Source: an uncultured Candidatus Saccharibacteria bacterium (GTDB lineage Bacteria; Patescibacteriota; Minisyncoccia; UBA6257; 2-01-FULL-56-20). From it: 55,971 nt of DNA. Of the stretch, positions 43,404-51,744 are shown in pieces. The translations under genes and the position numbers were made by a program. Each line of letters begins with the position of its first letter. Position 1 is the first letter of the stretch. The notes beneath the pieces were generated by a model. That model had not been told where the DNA came from. It ran no database searches and saw only the letters and a program-made list of their open reading frames with translations. Location of the stretch: NCBI GenBank assembly GCA_964456235.1, contig CAYWDX010000001.1, forward strand, positions 267,210-323,180, written 5' to 3'.

Positions 43404-44444
43404 CTAGGCCGCCGCAATTTTTGCTTCGCCCTTCTCTATTTCTTCGCGGACTTTCTTTTTTATTTCGTTCTGCAATTTCTTGTCCTCCTTTAATTTGAGG
43501 CGGACCGTGTCGAAGCCGACGCCCAGTTTTTCCGCTTCAAATGAGAAGCTCGCGCCTGATTTTTTTACTACGCCGTGGTTCAGCGCCGCGTTCAAAACGT
43601 CGCTCTCATACGAAATACCTTCGCCGAACATAATATCGAATTCCGCAAGGCGGAACGGCGGCGCCACCTTATTCTTCACCACCTTCGCCCTCACGCGGTT
43701 GCCGACCACCGCGTCGCCCTTCTTTACCTGGGCGATACGGCGGATGTCGATGCGGACGGATGCTGCGAATTTGAGCGCCATGCCGCCCGGCGTCGTCTCC
43801 GGATTGCCGAACATGACGCCGATTTTCATGCGGAGCTGGTTGATGAAAATGATCATCGTATTGCTCTTTGCCGCGATCGAGGTGAGCTTGCGGAGCGCTT
43901 GTGCCATCATCCGCGCTTGGCGCCCAACGTGCTGGTCTCCCATCTCGCCCTCGATTTCAGCGCGCGGCGTGAGTGCCGCGACCGAGTCAACGACGACGAC
44001 CGTGATCATGCTCGATCGCACCAAGCTTTCCAGGATATTCAGCGCCTCCTCGCCGTTGTCGGGCTGTGAAATTAAAAGATCATTTACTTTCACGCCGAGC
44101 TGCGCTGCATAGCCCGGGTCCATCGCATGTTCCGCGTCAATGAACGCGCACTGGCCACCCTGTTTTTGCGCTTGGGCCACCACATTCAATGCAAGCGTCG
44201 TTTTTCCACTCGATTCCGGCCCATAGATTTCAATGATGCGTCCGCGCGGCAATCCTCCAACGCCGAGCGCAAGGTCGAGCGAGAATGAGCCCGTCGGGAC
44301 GACGTCGACGTCGGTGCGTTTCGTTTCGCCGAGCTTCATAATGGCGCCCTCGCCATATTTTTCCTGGAGGGACGAAAGGAGTGTTTCAAGCCCTTTTTTT
44401 TCTTCCGTTTTTGCGGCGCCGGCCGCTTTTTTGGTTGGTGTCAT
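43404..44444 (-). CDS. recA: recombinase RecA
   Basis: [19 protein letters not shown] (Walker A), FIDAEHA and VVVDSVAAL motifs. Confidence 0.97.
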   Translation of the reverse strand: MTPTKKAAGAAKTEEKKGLETLLSSLQEKYGEGAIMKLGETKRTDVDVVPTGSFSLDLALGVGGLPRGRIIEIYGPESSGKTTLALNVVAQAQKQGGQCAFIDAEHAMDPGYAAQLGVKVNDLLISQPDNGEEALNILESLVRSSMITVVVVDSVAALTPRAEIEGEMGDQHVGRQARMMAQALRKLTSIAAKSNTMIIFINQLRMKIGVMFGNPETTPGGMALKFAASVRIDIRRIAQVKKGDAVVGNRVRAKVVKNKVAPPFRLAEFDIMFGEGISYESDVLNAALNHGVVKKSGASFSFEAEKLGVGFDTVRLKLKEDKKLQNEIKKKVREEIEKGEAKIAAA

Positions 44445-44450
44445 AGGCCA

Positions 44451-44459
44451 ATTATACCA
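44451..44459 (-). promoter_or_regulatory. extended -10 element TGGTATAAT, 6 nt upstream of the recA ATG (possible leaderless mRNA)
   Basis: Minus strand reads ctgGTATAATtggcctATGaca. No Shine-Dalgarno sequence can fit in the 6-nt gap. Confidence 0.4.
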
Positions 44460-44481
44460 GATGGGTCATTAAAATCTTATT

Positions 44482-44514
44482 AAAAAAATGAGACCCCTCC
44501 TTTGGGGAGGGGTC
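44482..44514 (-). terminator. rho-independent terminator between the 44521 ORF and recA
   Basis: GACCCCTCC-loop-GGAGGGGTC hairpin, followed on the minus strand by tcattttttt. Confidence 0.7.
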
Positions 44515-44520
44515 AGGTCT

Positions 44521-45003
44521 TCATTGGATAGGGGTCGGTGCCGCAGGGGCGGGTGTTTCAACCAGAATGTTCCAGCACACCAGGCCCTCGATGGCGGAAA
44601 TGGTCAGATCGAGCCACCCGCTCGTCCGGTAGTCGTTCCTTCGGAATTCGACATGGACCTTCACGTACAGATCGTCGCGGGGCCCGAGGAATGGCTCAAT
44701 CTTGCAGAAGGTCTGGTCGCTCTTCTCGATGAGGGCGCACAGGACATCGTTGCTCGCAGAGCCGGATGCGAAATACTTTTCCATGAGCGGGCGGGGGTGT
44801 GCCGGATCCACGCCCTGCCGATAGGCCATGGAAAAGGCTACTGGGTTCAGCGACATCTCGCCGAGCGCCGTTACGATAGCCCGCGCCCGATCCATGCCCT
44901 TGCTCTTATCGAGATTCGCGAGGCGAGGATTGGTCGAGTGCGCGATTTCATGATCGGTGTGAATGACGGTTCGATGGCTAAACAAGAGAGCCTCCTCTCT
45001 CAA
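44521..45003 (-). CDS. hypothetical protein with HExxH motif (possible small zinc metallopeptidase)
   Basis: 160-aa ORF with HTDHEIAHS near the N-terminus. The minus frame is chosen over the overlapping plus ORF because it has a downstream terminator and a less Arg-biased composition. Confidence 0.4.
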   Translation of the reverse strand: MREEALLFSHRTVIHTDHEIAHSTNPRLANLDKSKGMDRARAIVTALGEMSLNPVAFSMAYRQGVDPAHPRPLMEKYFASGSASNDVLCALIEKSDQTFCKIEPFLGPRDDLYVKVHVEFRRNDYRTSGWLDLTISAIEGLVCWNILVETPAPAAPTPIQ

Positions 45004-45046
45004 CTAAAGATATTATATGAGGAAACCTAAAATTAGTCAACGAAAT

Positions 45047-45751
45047 CTATGGCGTGGTCGAGGCGGTGGAAGTCCCTGCATTCGTCGGCTCATACAAAAC
45101 TTGTTCCATCACCCGCTCCTCGCCGCCCAAAAATTTCTTTGCGTGGAATTCAAACGTGTTGAGGCCGCTCTCTAAGAGGACGGTTTGCTGCCAGGTGCCG
45201 TCGGGCGCGATCGCGATCGTCGCGCTCGATGATACATCGCCGTTCCCGAGGTAGAGGGCATCGGCATTTTTTGCGATGCCTTGAATATTGATGCTCGTCA
45301 TGGATGTCACGTAGGGGTTGGTCGCGGGGAATGTGATTGCGACAGAAGGCTTCCCCAAGATGCGGGGGAGCGCGAAGGAAAGATATATGATCATGATCAA
45401 TGCGCCTGCGCCGGCAAGCCATATCCACTTCGGAAATTCTTTTTTCTCGAAACGATTTTCGGGGAGCGCATCGGTTGAGCCGGCATTCGAAAACAAATTT
45501 TCTTTTTTGATGCGGCGCCACCATTCTTCGCCGTCGAAACCAAGCGTTTTGCCGAGTCGGACGAGATATCCTCGGAAGTATGGGGAGGGCGGCATATTTT
45601 CGAGATTGCCGCGAAGCATGCTTTCGAGGTGCGCCGGGGCGATACCAGTATTTTCGGCGAGGCGCTTGGGCGACAATCCTTTTTCTCGCATCTGCGCCGC
45701 AAGAAATTCAGCAAAATTAAGGTTTTCTGAAGATTCGTGATTCGGAGGCAT
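45047..45751 (-). CDS. RodZ-like protein (N-terminal HTH, single TM, extracytoplasmic C-terminal domain)
   Basis: FAEFLAAQMREKGLSPKRLAENTGIAPAHLESMLRGN (XRE-type HTH), then the TM helix WIWLAGAGALIMIIYLSFAL. It starts 2 nt after the ftsK stop. Confidence 0.6.
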   Translation of the reverse strand: MPPNHESSENLNFAEFLAAQMREKGLSPKRLAENTGIAPAHLESMLRGNLENMPPSPYFRGYLVRLGKTLGFDGEEWWRRIKKENLFSNAGSTDALPENRFEKKEFPKWIWLAGAGALIMIIYLSFALPRILGKPSVAITFPATNPYVTSMTSINIQGIAKNADALYLGNGDVSSSATIAIAPDGTWQQTVLLESGLNTFEFHAKKFLGGEERVMEQVLYEPTNAGTSTASTTP

Positions 45752-45753
45752 GC

Positions 45754-48006
45754 CTAGGTGAGCCGCTGGTCAATTTTTTCAAAATTTACGTCGCGCGGTT
45801 TCGCGCCATCGCCGGGCCCGATCAATTCTTGCGCTTCCATAAGGTCGAGGAGCCGCGCCGCGCGCGCATAGCCGACTTTCAGTCGCCGCTGGAGGAGCGA
45901 TGCAGATGCTTTTTTCGCTTCGGCCACGATCGCGATCGCTTCGTCGAGCAGTTCATCCGAATCCTCATCTTCCAAATATTCATCAAAATTCCCGTCGCTC
46001 ACGCCCGGCGCCGCAACCGATCCGCCATTCATGCCGTTCAGAGCCGTGCCATTTGTAGCGCCGCCGCCGTTCGCGCCGCCGAAATCTACCGCTTCGCCCT
46101 CGACAATCACCTTATTATTTTCACGCACGAAATTCGCAACGCTCTTGATTTCGTCTTCCGTGATGAAGGCTCCCTGGATGCGTTTCGGTTTTGAAAGTTC
46201 GGCGCTCAAAAAGAGGAGATCGCCGTGGCCCAGCAATTTTTCGGCGCCGGACGTGTCGAGAATCGTGCGTGAGTCAATCTGTGAAGCAACCTGGAGCGCG
46301 ACGCGGGCGGTGATGTTCGCTTTGATGAGCCCCGTGATCACTTCAACCGACGGGCGTTGCGTCGCGAGGAGGAGATGGATGCCGGTTGCGCGCGCCATCT
46401 GCGCAAGGCGCACGATCGACCCTTCAACATCGCGGCCGTAGGAAGTCATGAGGTCAGCCATTTCGTCGATCACAATCAGAATGTAGGGGAGCATTTCGGA
46501 CGCGTGCGAGGCGTTGTAGCTTTTCACGTCGCGGCTGCCGGCCTTTTGGAGCAATTCGTAGCGGCGTTCCATTTCAGAAATTGCCCAACGGAATACGCCC
46601 ACCGCTTTTTTATTGTCGGTGATGACGGGCGAGACGAGGTGCGGGATGTCGGCATAAATTGAAAGCTCCACGCGCTTCGGGTCAATGAGAACGAGTTTTA
46701 AGGTCTGCGGCGAGTTCTTATATAAAAGAGAAACGAGGAGCGAGTGGACCATGATTGATTTGCCGCTGCCCGTGGCGCCCGCGACGAGCATGTGCGGCAT
46801 CTTTTCGATGCTCGTGAATATCGGCTCGCCCGAAACATCGCGCCCGAGGACGAATCCAAGCGGTCCCGATTGCTCGAAGTCCGGATAGTTCATAAGGCTC
46901 CCGAGGCGCACAAGCGCGGCGGCCTTGTTCGGGACTTCAATGCCGACGAGTGCCTTGCCTGGGATCGGGGCCTCAATGCGGATCGGGTGCGCGGCGAGCG
47001 CGAGGGCGAGGTCGGAATTCAGCGCGGTGATGCGCGAAAGTTTCACGCCCTCAGCCGGCTTCAAGGTATACCGCGTGACGGCCGGCCCCACGTTTATTTC
47101 TCCCATCTCCACCGAAATGCCAAAACTTTCGAGCGTGCGTTTGATCACATTTGCGTTCGCAAGAAGGTCGCCGGTCGTCGGCTTGCTGCTGTCGGAGTTC
47201 AGGAGCGAGAGGGGTGGGGGTACGTAATTTCCAAAAACTGGCGCCTTCCACGTGCGCGGTTTCGCTTCGGCGTGGCCGGTGGCAATGGTTGGAACACTTT
47301 CTCTTTTCGCGCGAGCCAATTCTTTGTCATCAATATTTCCCTTTTCGCCTGTCTCGGTTTCTTGCGCCGGTTCCATACCGTTGCCCGCCACAACAACCGG
47401 CCCATCTTCATCGTCGACGCGTTCTTCTCCTGTCTTTTTTTCAGGCCAGGTGATTTTGATAGGCACGTTCGCCGTCACGAGTACCGAAATAATCAAAACA
47501 AAACTATCGATCACCGCCGCTGCAATAGTGCCGAACGGGTAGCGCAGCGAGCCGAGGACGTAGCCGAGCCAGCCGCCGTTCGCCGGCGAAAAAATATCGA
47601 TGAGGCCAAGCGAGGAGAGAATGAGGAGGAGCGCGCCGAAGAGCGTCGTGGAAACCAGCCGCCGTTCCTTTGCAAAAAAGAAAACGAGCGCGGCGAAGAG
47701 GAGTGTCGTTGGTAAAACAAAATAGCCCCAGCCGAAGAGGGCATGGAGCGCTCTATATATAAGGGTGCCGGCTGGGCCTGCTTCGCCGAACCCGGCGAGT
47801 ACGAGGATAACGGCGGCGCACACGAAACTCACGCCCCATATGCTTTTTTTGGTATCGGGGTGGAGGCGGTGTTCGGGGGCGCCGTTCCCGTTTCGGTTGC
47901 CGTTTCCATTGCGACCACCACCGCCATTTGAGCCGTTTTTCCTCATCCGCCCGTCGTCACGTCCGCGCTTTGATGCCATGATGCCTCTATTGTACGGCAT
48001 TTTCAC
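45754..48006 (-). CDS. ftsK: DNA translocase FtsK/SpoIIIE
   Basis: Four N-terminal TM helices, Walker A LVAGATGSGKS, Walker B ILIVIDEMADL, and a gamma winged-helix domain (ASASLLQRRLKVGYARAARLLDLMEAQELIGP). Confidence 0.93.
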   Translation of the reverse strand: MKMPYNRGIMASKRGRDDGRMRKNGSNGGGGRNGNGNRNGNGAPEHRLHPDTKKSIWGVSFVCAAVILVLAGFGEAGPAGTLIYRALHALFGWGYFVLPTTLLFAALVFFFAKERRLVSTTLFGALLLILSSLGLIDIFSPANGGWLGYVLGSLRYPFGTIAAAVIDSFVLIISVLVTANVPIKITWPEKKTGEERVDDEDGPVVVAGNGMEPAQETETGEKGNIDDKELARAKRESVPTIATGHAEAKPRTWKAPVFGNYVPPPLSLLNSDSSKPTTGDLLANANVIKRTLESFGISVEMGEINVGPAVTRYTLKPAEGVKLSRITALNSDLALALAAHPIRIEAPIPGKALVGIEVPNKAAALVRLGSLMNYPDFEQSGPLGFVLGRDVSGEPIFTSIEKMPHMLVAGATGSGKSIMVHSLLVSLLYKNSPQTLKLVLIDPKRVELSIYADIPHLVSPVITDNKKAVGVFRWAISEMERRYELLQKAGSRDVKSYNASHASEMLPYILIVIDEMADLMTSYGRDVEGSIVRLAQMARATGIHLLLATQRPSVEVITGLIKANITARVALQVASQIDSRTILDTSGAEKLLGHGDLLFLSAELSKPKRIQGAFITEDEIKSVANFVRENNKVIVEGEAVDFGGANGGGATNGTALNGMNGGSVAAPGVSDGNFDEYLEDEDSDELLDEAIAIVAEAKKASASLLQRRLKVGYARAARLLDLMEAQELIGPGDGAKPRDVNFEKIDQRLT

Positions 48007-48030
48007 CGGTTGCTACAATGGAGAAATACT

Positions 48031-48846
48031 ATGAGATTGCCGAAGTCGCTTGCAAAATCGCTCGCAAAAAAAGACCTTATCGTTTTTGACCTTGACGGGA
48101 CATTGACCGAGAGCAAGGCGCCCATGGACGCGGCGATGGCTTCGCTCTTCCGCGAATTGCTCGCGGTGAAAAAAGTGGCAGTGATCGGTGGCGGGCGCTA
48201 CGAGCTTTTTAAAGAACAGCTCGTGCGGCCACTCTCGCGGGCGCCTAAAGGGTTGCTTGCCAATTTATATCTTTTTCCGACGACCTCGACAGCGTTTTAT
48301 CGATATGGAAAGGGCGGCTGGAAAATTATCTATCATCTTTCTCTTTCATCGCGCGACCGAGCGGCAATCAAGCGTGCTTTTAAAGAGGTGTTTCGTGAAG
48401 TAGGGTATACGCACCCGAAAAAAACTTATGGCCCGATCGTCGAAGACCGTGGTACGCAGGTGACCTTCTCCGCGCTTGGGCAGGACATTGTGAAGGTGCT
48501 CGGCAAGCGGGGCATTGAACTGAAAGATGAATGGAAGCGCAAATATACGCCACTCAAAATGAAAATGGCGAAGATGATGCAGCGGCGCCTGCCGCATCTC
48601 GAGGTCCGCGCCGCCGGCTTCACGTCAATCGACGTCACGAAAAAGGGGATCGACAAGGCGTACGGGGTCCGGCAGATTCAACAAAATTTACATGTGCCGA
48701 TTCGCAATATGGTTTTTGTCGGTGATGCATTATTCCCTGGCGGCAACGACTATGCGGCGCGGAAAACCGGGATCGATTGCATCTCGGTAAAAGGGCCGCA
48801 GGAGGTGAAGGGGATTATTAAACAAATATTAAAATCTCGAGCCTGA
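48031..48846 (+). CDS. HAD-superfamily hydrolase (HAD-IIB / phosphomannomutase-like)
   Basis: IVFDLDGTLTES (motif I), SIDVTKKGIDKAYG and FVGDALFPGGNDY (motif IV). GGAG lies upstream of ATG 48031. Confidence 0.7.
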   Translation: MRLPKSLAKSLAKKDLIVFDLDGTLTESKAPMDAAMASLFRELLAVKKVAVIGGGRYELFKEQLVRPLSRAPKGLLANLYLFPTTSTAFYRYGKGGWKIIYHLSLSSRDRAAIKRAFKEVFREVGYTHPKKTYGPIVEDRGTQVTFSALGQDIVKVLGKRGIELKDEWKRKYTPLKMKMAKMMQRRLPHLEVRAAGFTSIDVTKKGIDKAYGVRQIQQNLHVPIRNMVFVGDALFPGGNDYAARKTGIDCISVKGPQEVKGIIKQILKSRA

Positions 48847-48894
48847 TCTGTTTTCTTTTGACAGGTGCTTCTTGCAGGGCTATGATTCGCCTAC

Positions 48895-49374
48895 ATGCCC
48901 GACTTTTTGAACAGTTCGCTCGGAATCCGCATGACGGTCGACGAAGTTGTCCGCAATATCGTTGATTTTATGCTCATTGAGCCGAACCGCCGCTACCGCG
49001 TGACGATTGGCACGGATTCGGAATTGCTGCGCGATAAGCAAGCGGATTTTGTGACCGCAATCGTCGTGCATCGCGTGGGCAACGGCGGCCGTTACTTCTG
49101 GCGGCGCTTTGAGTTGGGCAAGTTCCACAATCTGCGCGACCGCATTATTAAAGAAGTATTAATTTCTCTCGAAGTCGCAGAAAAGGTTCTCGCGACGCTT
49201 CGCACGCACGATCTTCCCGATTTCGACTTTGAAATCCACGCCGACATCGGCGAAAATGGTCCGACCAAAGCGGTGATCCAGGAAGTGGTCGCGATGATCC
49301 GGGCAAACAACTTCCAAGTGAAAACGAAACCAGAAAGTTACGCCGCTTCGAATGTTGCCGACCGGCACATCTAA
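48895..49374 (+). CDS. DUF458 / YkuK-like RNase H-fold protein
   Basis: YRVTIGTDSE, ADFVTAIVVHRVGNGGRYFW and FEIHADIGENGPT match the YkuK-family pattern as I recall it. Confidence 0.55.
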   Translation: MPDFLNSSLGIRMTVDEVVRNIVDFMLIEPNRRYRVTIGTDSELLRDKQADFVTAIVVHRVGNGGRYFWRRFELGKFHNLRDRIIKEVLISLEVAEKVLATLRTHDLPDFDFEIHADIGENGPTKAVIQEVVAMIRANNFQVKTKPESYAASNVADRHI

Positions 49375-49383
49375 GCGGTCCTT

Positions 49384-49962
49384 ATGGACACCATCGTTTT
49401 TGATATTGAAACGCAAAATTTTTTCACCGACCCGGACGTTGGCTGGGATAATTTCAGCGCGTTGAGAATTTCTGTCGTCGGCGCGTATTCTTACGCGCAG
49501 GACCGCTTCTTTATGTTTGAAGAGAGCCAGGTGAAAGAGATGGCGAAGCTTTTCGCTGGAGCGAAGCGTCTGGTTGGATTCAGCATGAACCGCTACGACG
49601 TCCCCGTTCTCAATAATTATTTTCAAAAACTTGGCGCGGGCGCTCCGAACTTGTGGTCAAAGGACCGTGTCGACCTTCTGGAAGAGATTGAACTCGTCGC
49701 AAAGCAGAAAGTGAGCTTGGGCCGTCTTGCCGAGATGAATCTCGGTATAAAAAAAGAACGGCACGGCTCCGAGGCGATCGCACTCTACCGCGATGGCAAG
49801 ATGGACGAGCTCAAAGCGTACTGCATGAAGGACGTCGAAATCACGAAGGCGCTTTACGACCTCTATAATAAAGAGAATTCTTTCGTGATGCCTGACAAAA
49901 AAACAGGGGAGGCAGTCCGCGTTTCTTTTGCGAAACCAGTCGCTGTGGCGGGTCTCTTTTAG
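49384..49962 (+). CDS. RNase H-like / DEDD-type 3'-5' exonuclease domain protein (YprB N-terminal-like)
   Basis: IVFDIETQN (ExoI), GFSMNRYDVPVL (ExoII) and AYCMKDVEITKALY (ExoIII Y-x3-D-like). Confidence 0.6.
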   Translation: MDTIVFDIETQNFFTDPDVGWDNFSALRISVVGAYSYAQDRFFMFEESQVKEMAKLFAGAKRLVGFSMNRYDVPVLNNYFQKLGAGAPNLWSKDRVDLLEEIELVAKQKVSLGRLAEMNLGIKKERHGSEAIALYRDGKMDELKAYCMKDVEITKALYDLYNKENSFVMPDKKTGEAVRVSFAKPVAVAGLF

Positions 49963-49988
49963 TAAATTATTCCCGAAATATCCCTTAT

Positions 49989-51191
49989 ATGGACCGGCGG
50001 ATTTATTTGGATTATGCCGCTACCACCCCCGTAGATTCTGGGGTTTTTGAGGCCATGCGCCCTTATTTTTCTGAACGGTTTGGCAACCCGGGCTCGCTGC
50101 ACGCTTTTGGGCAGGACGCCATTGCGGCGATCGATCGTTCGCGCGAAGCCATCGCGAAGTCGATTGGGGCCGACTTTCGCCAAATTATTTTTACTGCATC
50201 GGCAACCGAGGCCAATGTGCTTGCTCTCCAGGGCTCACTCGTCGAGTTCAAAAAGAAAATCGGTTTCGAAAAAAGGCCCCGCGTTATTATTTCAGCAATC
50301 GAGCATGAATCAGTCTTTGAAACGGTGCGTGCGATGGAGGCGTGGGGGACCGAGGTGGTCGTGTTGCCGGTGGACCCTGAAGGATTTATTGATGAAAAAG
50401 ATATTAAAACAAATTTGACACCGGAGACCGGCATCGTTTCGATCATGGTCGCCAATAATGAAATCGGTTCGGTGCAGTCGATCGCATCGATCGCGCAGGC
50501 CATTAAAGAATTTCGAGGCGCCGGCGAGTATCCGCTCTTCCATACGGATGCCGCACAGGCGTTCCAATTTTTTGATTGTAATGTGAAAACGTTCGGCGTT
50601 GACCTCATGACTATTTCTGCGCATAAAATTTATGGACCGAAGGGCGCCGGTGCGCTTTACGTTCACGATGCAAAACTTCTCGCGCCGGTGGTCACGGGTG
50701 GTGGTCAGGAATACGGCCTCCGGTCGGGGACAGAAAATGTTCCCGCGATCGCCGGTTTTGCAAAAGCAGTCGAACTCGCCGTTGCCGCCCGTGAAAAAGA
50801 AATTCCGCGCCTCGCTTCGCTCCGCGGGAAATTGTGGCAGGGCATCAAAGGAATTTTCCCCGACGCGGAGATCAACGGTCCGGGAGGTACTCGGAGCAAA
50901 CACGATGGTGCCTGCGACGAGCGCCATGGAACTGTGTTGCCCAACATTTTAAATGTCTACCTGCCCGGCCGCGATGCGCAGGATATCCTTACGAGGCTTG
51001 ATTTGGCGGGCCTTGCGGCGTCATCGGGGTCTGCCTGTCGATCTCGCGCGGTTGAAGCATCGCATGTCATTCAGGCGCTGGGGCACGACGCGAAGCGCGC
51101 GAAGCAAAGCATTCGCTTCAGTCTGGGGCGCCCGACGACCGAAGAAGAAATAGTTCAAGCGGTCAGCATCATGAAGGCGAGCGCCCAATAA
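49989..51191 (+). CDS. cysteine desulfurase (NifS/IscS class V aminotransferase)
   Basis: IYLDYAATTP, MTISAHKIYGPKGAGALYV (PLP Lys) and SSGSACRS (catalytic Cys loop). Confidence 0.9.
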   Translation: MDRRIYLDYAATTPVDSGVFEAMRPYFSERFGNPGSLHAFGQDAIAAIDRSREAIAKSIGADFRQIIFTASATEANVLALQGSLVEFKKKIGFEKRPRVIISAIEHESVFETVRAMEAWGTEVVVLPVDPEGFIDEKDIKTNLTPETGIVSIMVANNEIGSVQSIASIAQAIKEFRGAGEYPLFHTDAAQAFQFFDCNVKTFGVDLMTISAHKIYGPKGAGALYVHDAKLLAPVVTGGGQEYGLRSGTENVPAIAGFAKAVELAVAAREKEIPRLASLRGKLWQGIKGIFPDAEINGPGGTRSKHDGACDERHGTVLPNILNVYLPGRDAQDILTRLDLAGLAASSGSACRSRAVEASHVIQALGHDAKRAKQSIRFSLGRPTTEEEIVQAVSIMKASAQ

Positions 51192-51199
51192 TATCAAAT

Positions 51200-51237
51200 A
51201 AAAAAAGAGCGCCGCTCGTGCGGGCGCTCTCGGTTTT
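51200..51237. terminator. bidirectional rho-independent terminator
   Basis: aaaaaa-AGAGCGCC-gctcgtgcg-GGCGCTCT-cggtttt lies between convergent genes. Confidence 0.7.
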
Positions 51238-51251
51238 GTGCGGCAGTGCCG

Positions 51252-51572
51252 CTAGTGGACCACTTCCGGTTTCTCGATCAACTCCGCGAGATGGTCGGCA
51301 AGTTCTGCGAGGGCGAGGTCGACCTCGTGCCCAAAGTCGTGTTCCAGGCCTGGGCGTTTCAGAATGCCGATCATGATCATGATGATGTGGGCCAGCCGTT
51401 CGCGGATCACGCCTTCGACGTGCGCTTGTTGCTTCAGCGGCAGTTCCTTGAGGCCACGCGAAAGTTCCGAGGGAAGGAGCCAGATGACGGTTCCCACGCC
51501 AGGGCCCTTGAACATGATCTCGAAGGGAAGTTGGGGCGACGGATGTTGCTTCGTGCGAGCACCTTTTTCCAT
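51252..51572 (-). CDS. hypothetical protein
   Basis: 106-aa ORF ending just after the bidirectional terminator. Preferred over the overlapping plus ORF 51246-51671, which has no room for a promoter and an Arg-rich tail. Confidence 0.4.
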   Translation of the reverse strand: MEKGARTKQHPSPQLPFEIMFKGPGVGTVIWLLPSELSRGLKELPLKQQAHVEGVIRERLAHIIMIMIGILKRPGLEHDFGHEVDLALAELADHLAELIEKPEVVH

Positions 51573-51667
51573 TGCTGGTATCCGGTGTCGCGGAGAATGG
51601 CGAGAGCTGCAGGATTTATAGATAATTGCGGCAAGAAAGTCAAACGTGCGGCTTCATCGCCGCTTCA

Positions 51668-51694
51668 TTAGCAATCTAACCAGGAGATTGACAA
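51668..51694 (+). promoter_or_regulatory. CIRCE-like inverted repeat (candidate HrcA operator) upstream of clpB
   Basis: TTAGCAATC-N9-GATTGACAA versus the CIRCE consensus TTAGCACTC-N9-GAGTGCTAA. It overlaps a TTGACA hexamer, and TATAAT lies about 30 nt downstream. Confidence 0.4.
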
Positions 51695-51744
51695 TCGAAC
51701 CTTCTCGCCCTAAACTTGAGTATAATAATAGTAAGCTTACGCAC

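Noticed and set aside
44488-45030. 180-aa plus-strand ORF overlapping the 44521-45003 gene
   Set aside because: It begins inside the terminator hairpin and has an Arg/Gly-rich start. The minus-strand frame fits the operon and terminator layout better.
46792-47715. 307-aa plus-strand ORF within ftsK
   Set aside because: It is antisense to the FtsK motor domain and has an Arg-rich artefactual frame.
45754-48006. FtsK as the coupling ATPase of the pilin-like locus
   Set aside because: It has the chromosomal FtsK architecture (four TM helices, linker, motor, gamma winged helix). It lies in an operon with a RodZ-like gene 10 kb away on the opposite strand.
51246-51671. 141-aa plus-strand ORF between the cysteine desulfurase gene and clpB
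   Set aside because: It starts 9 nt after a strong terminator with no promoter space and ends in an Arg-rich tail overlapping the clpB promoter region. The opposite-strand 106-aa ORF looks more protein-like, though neither is certain.
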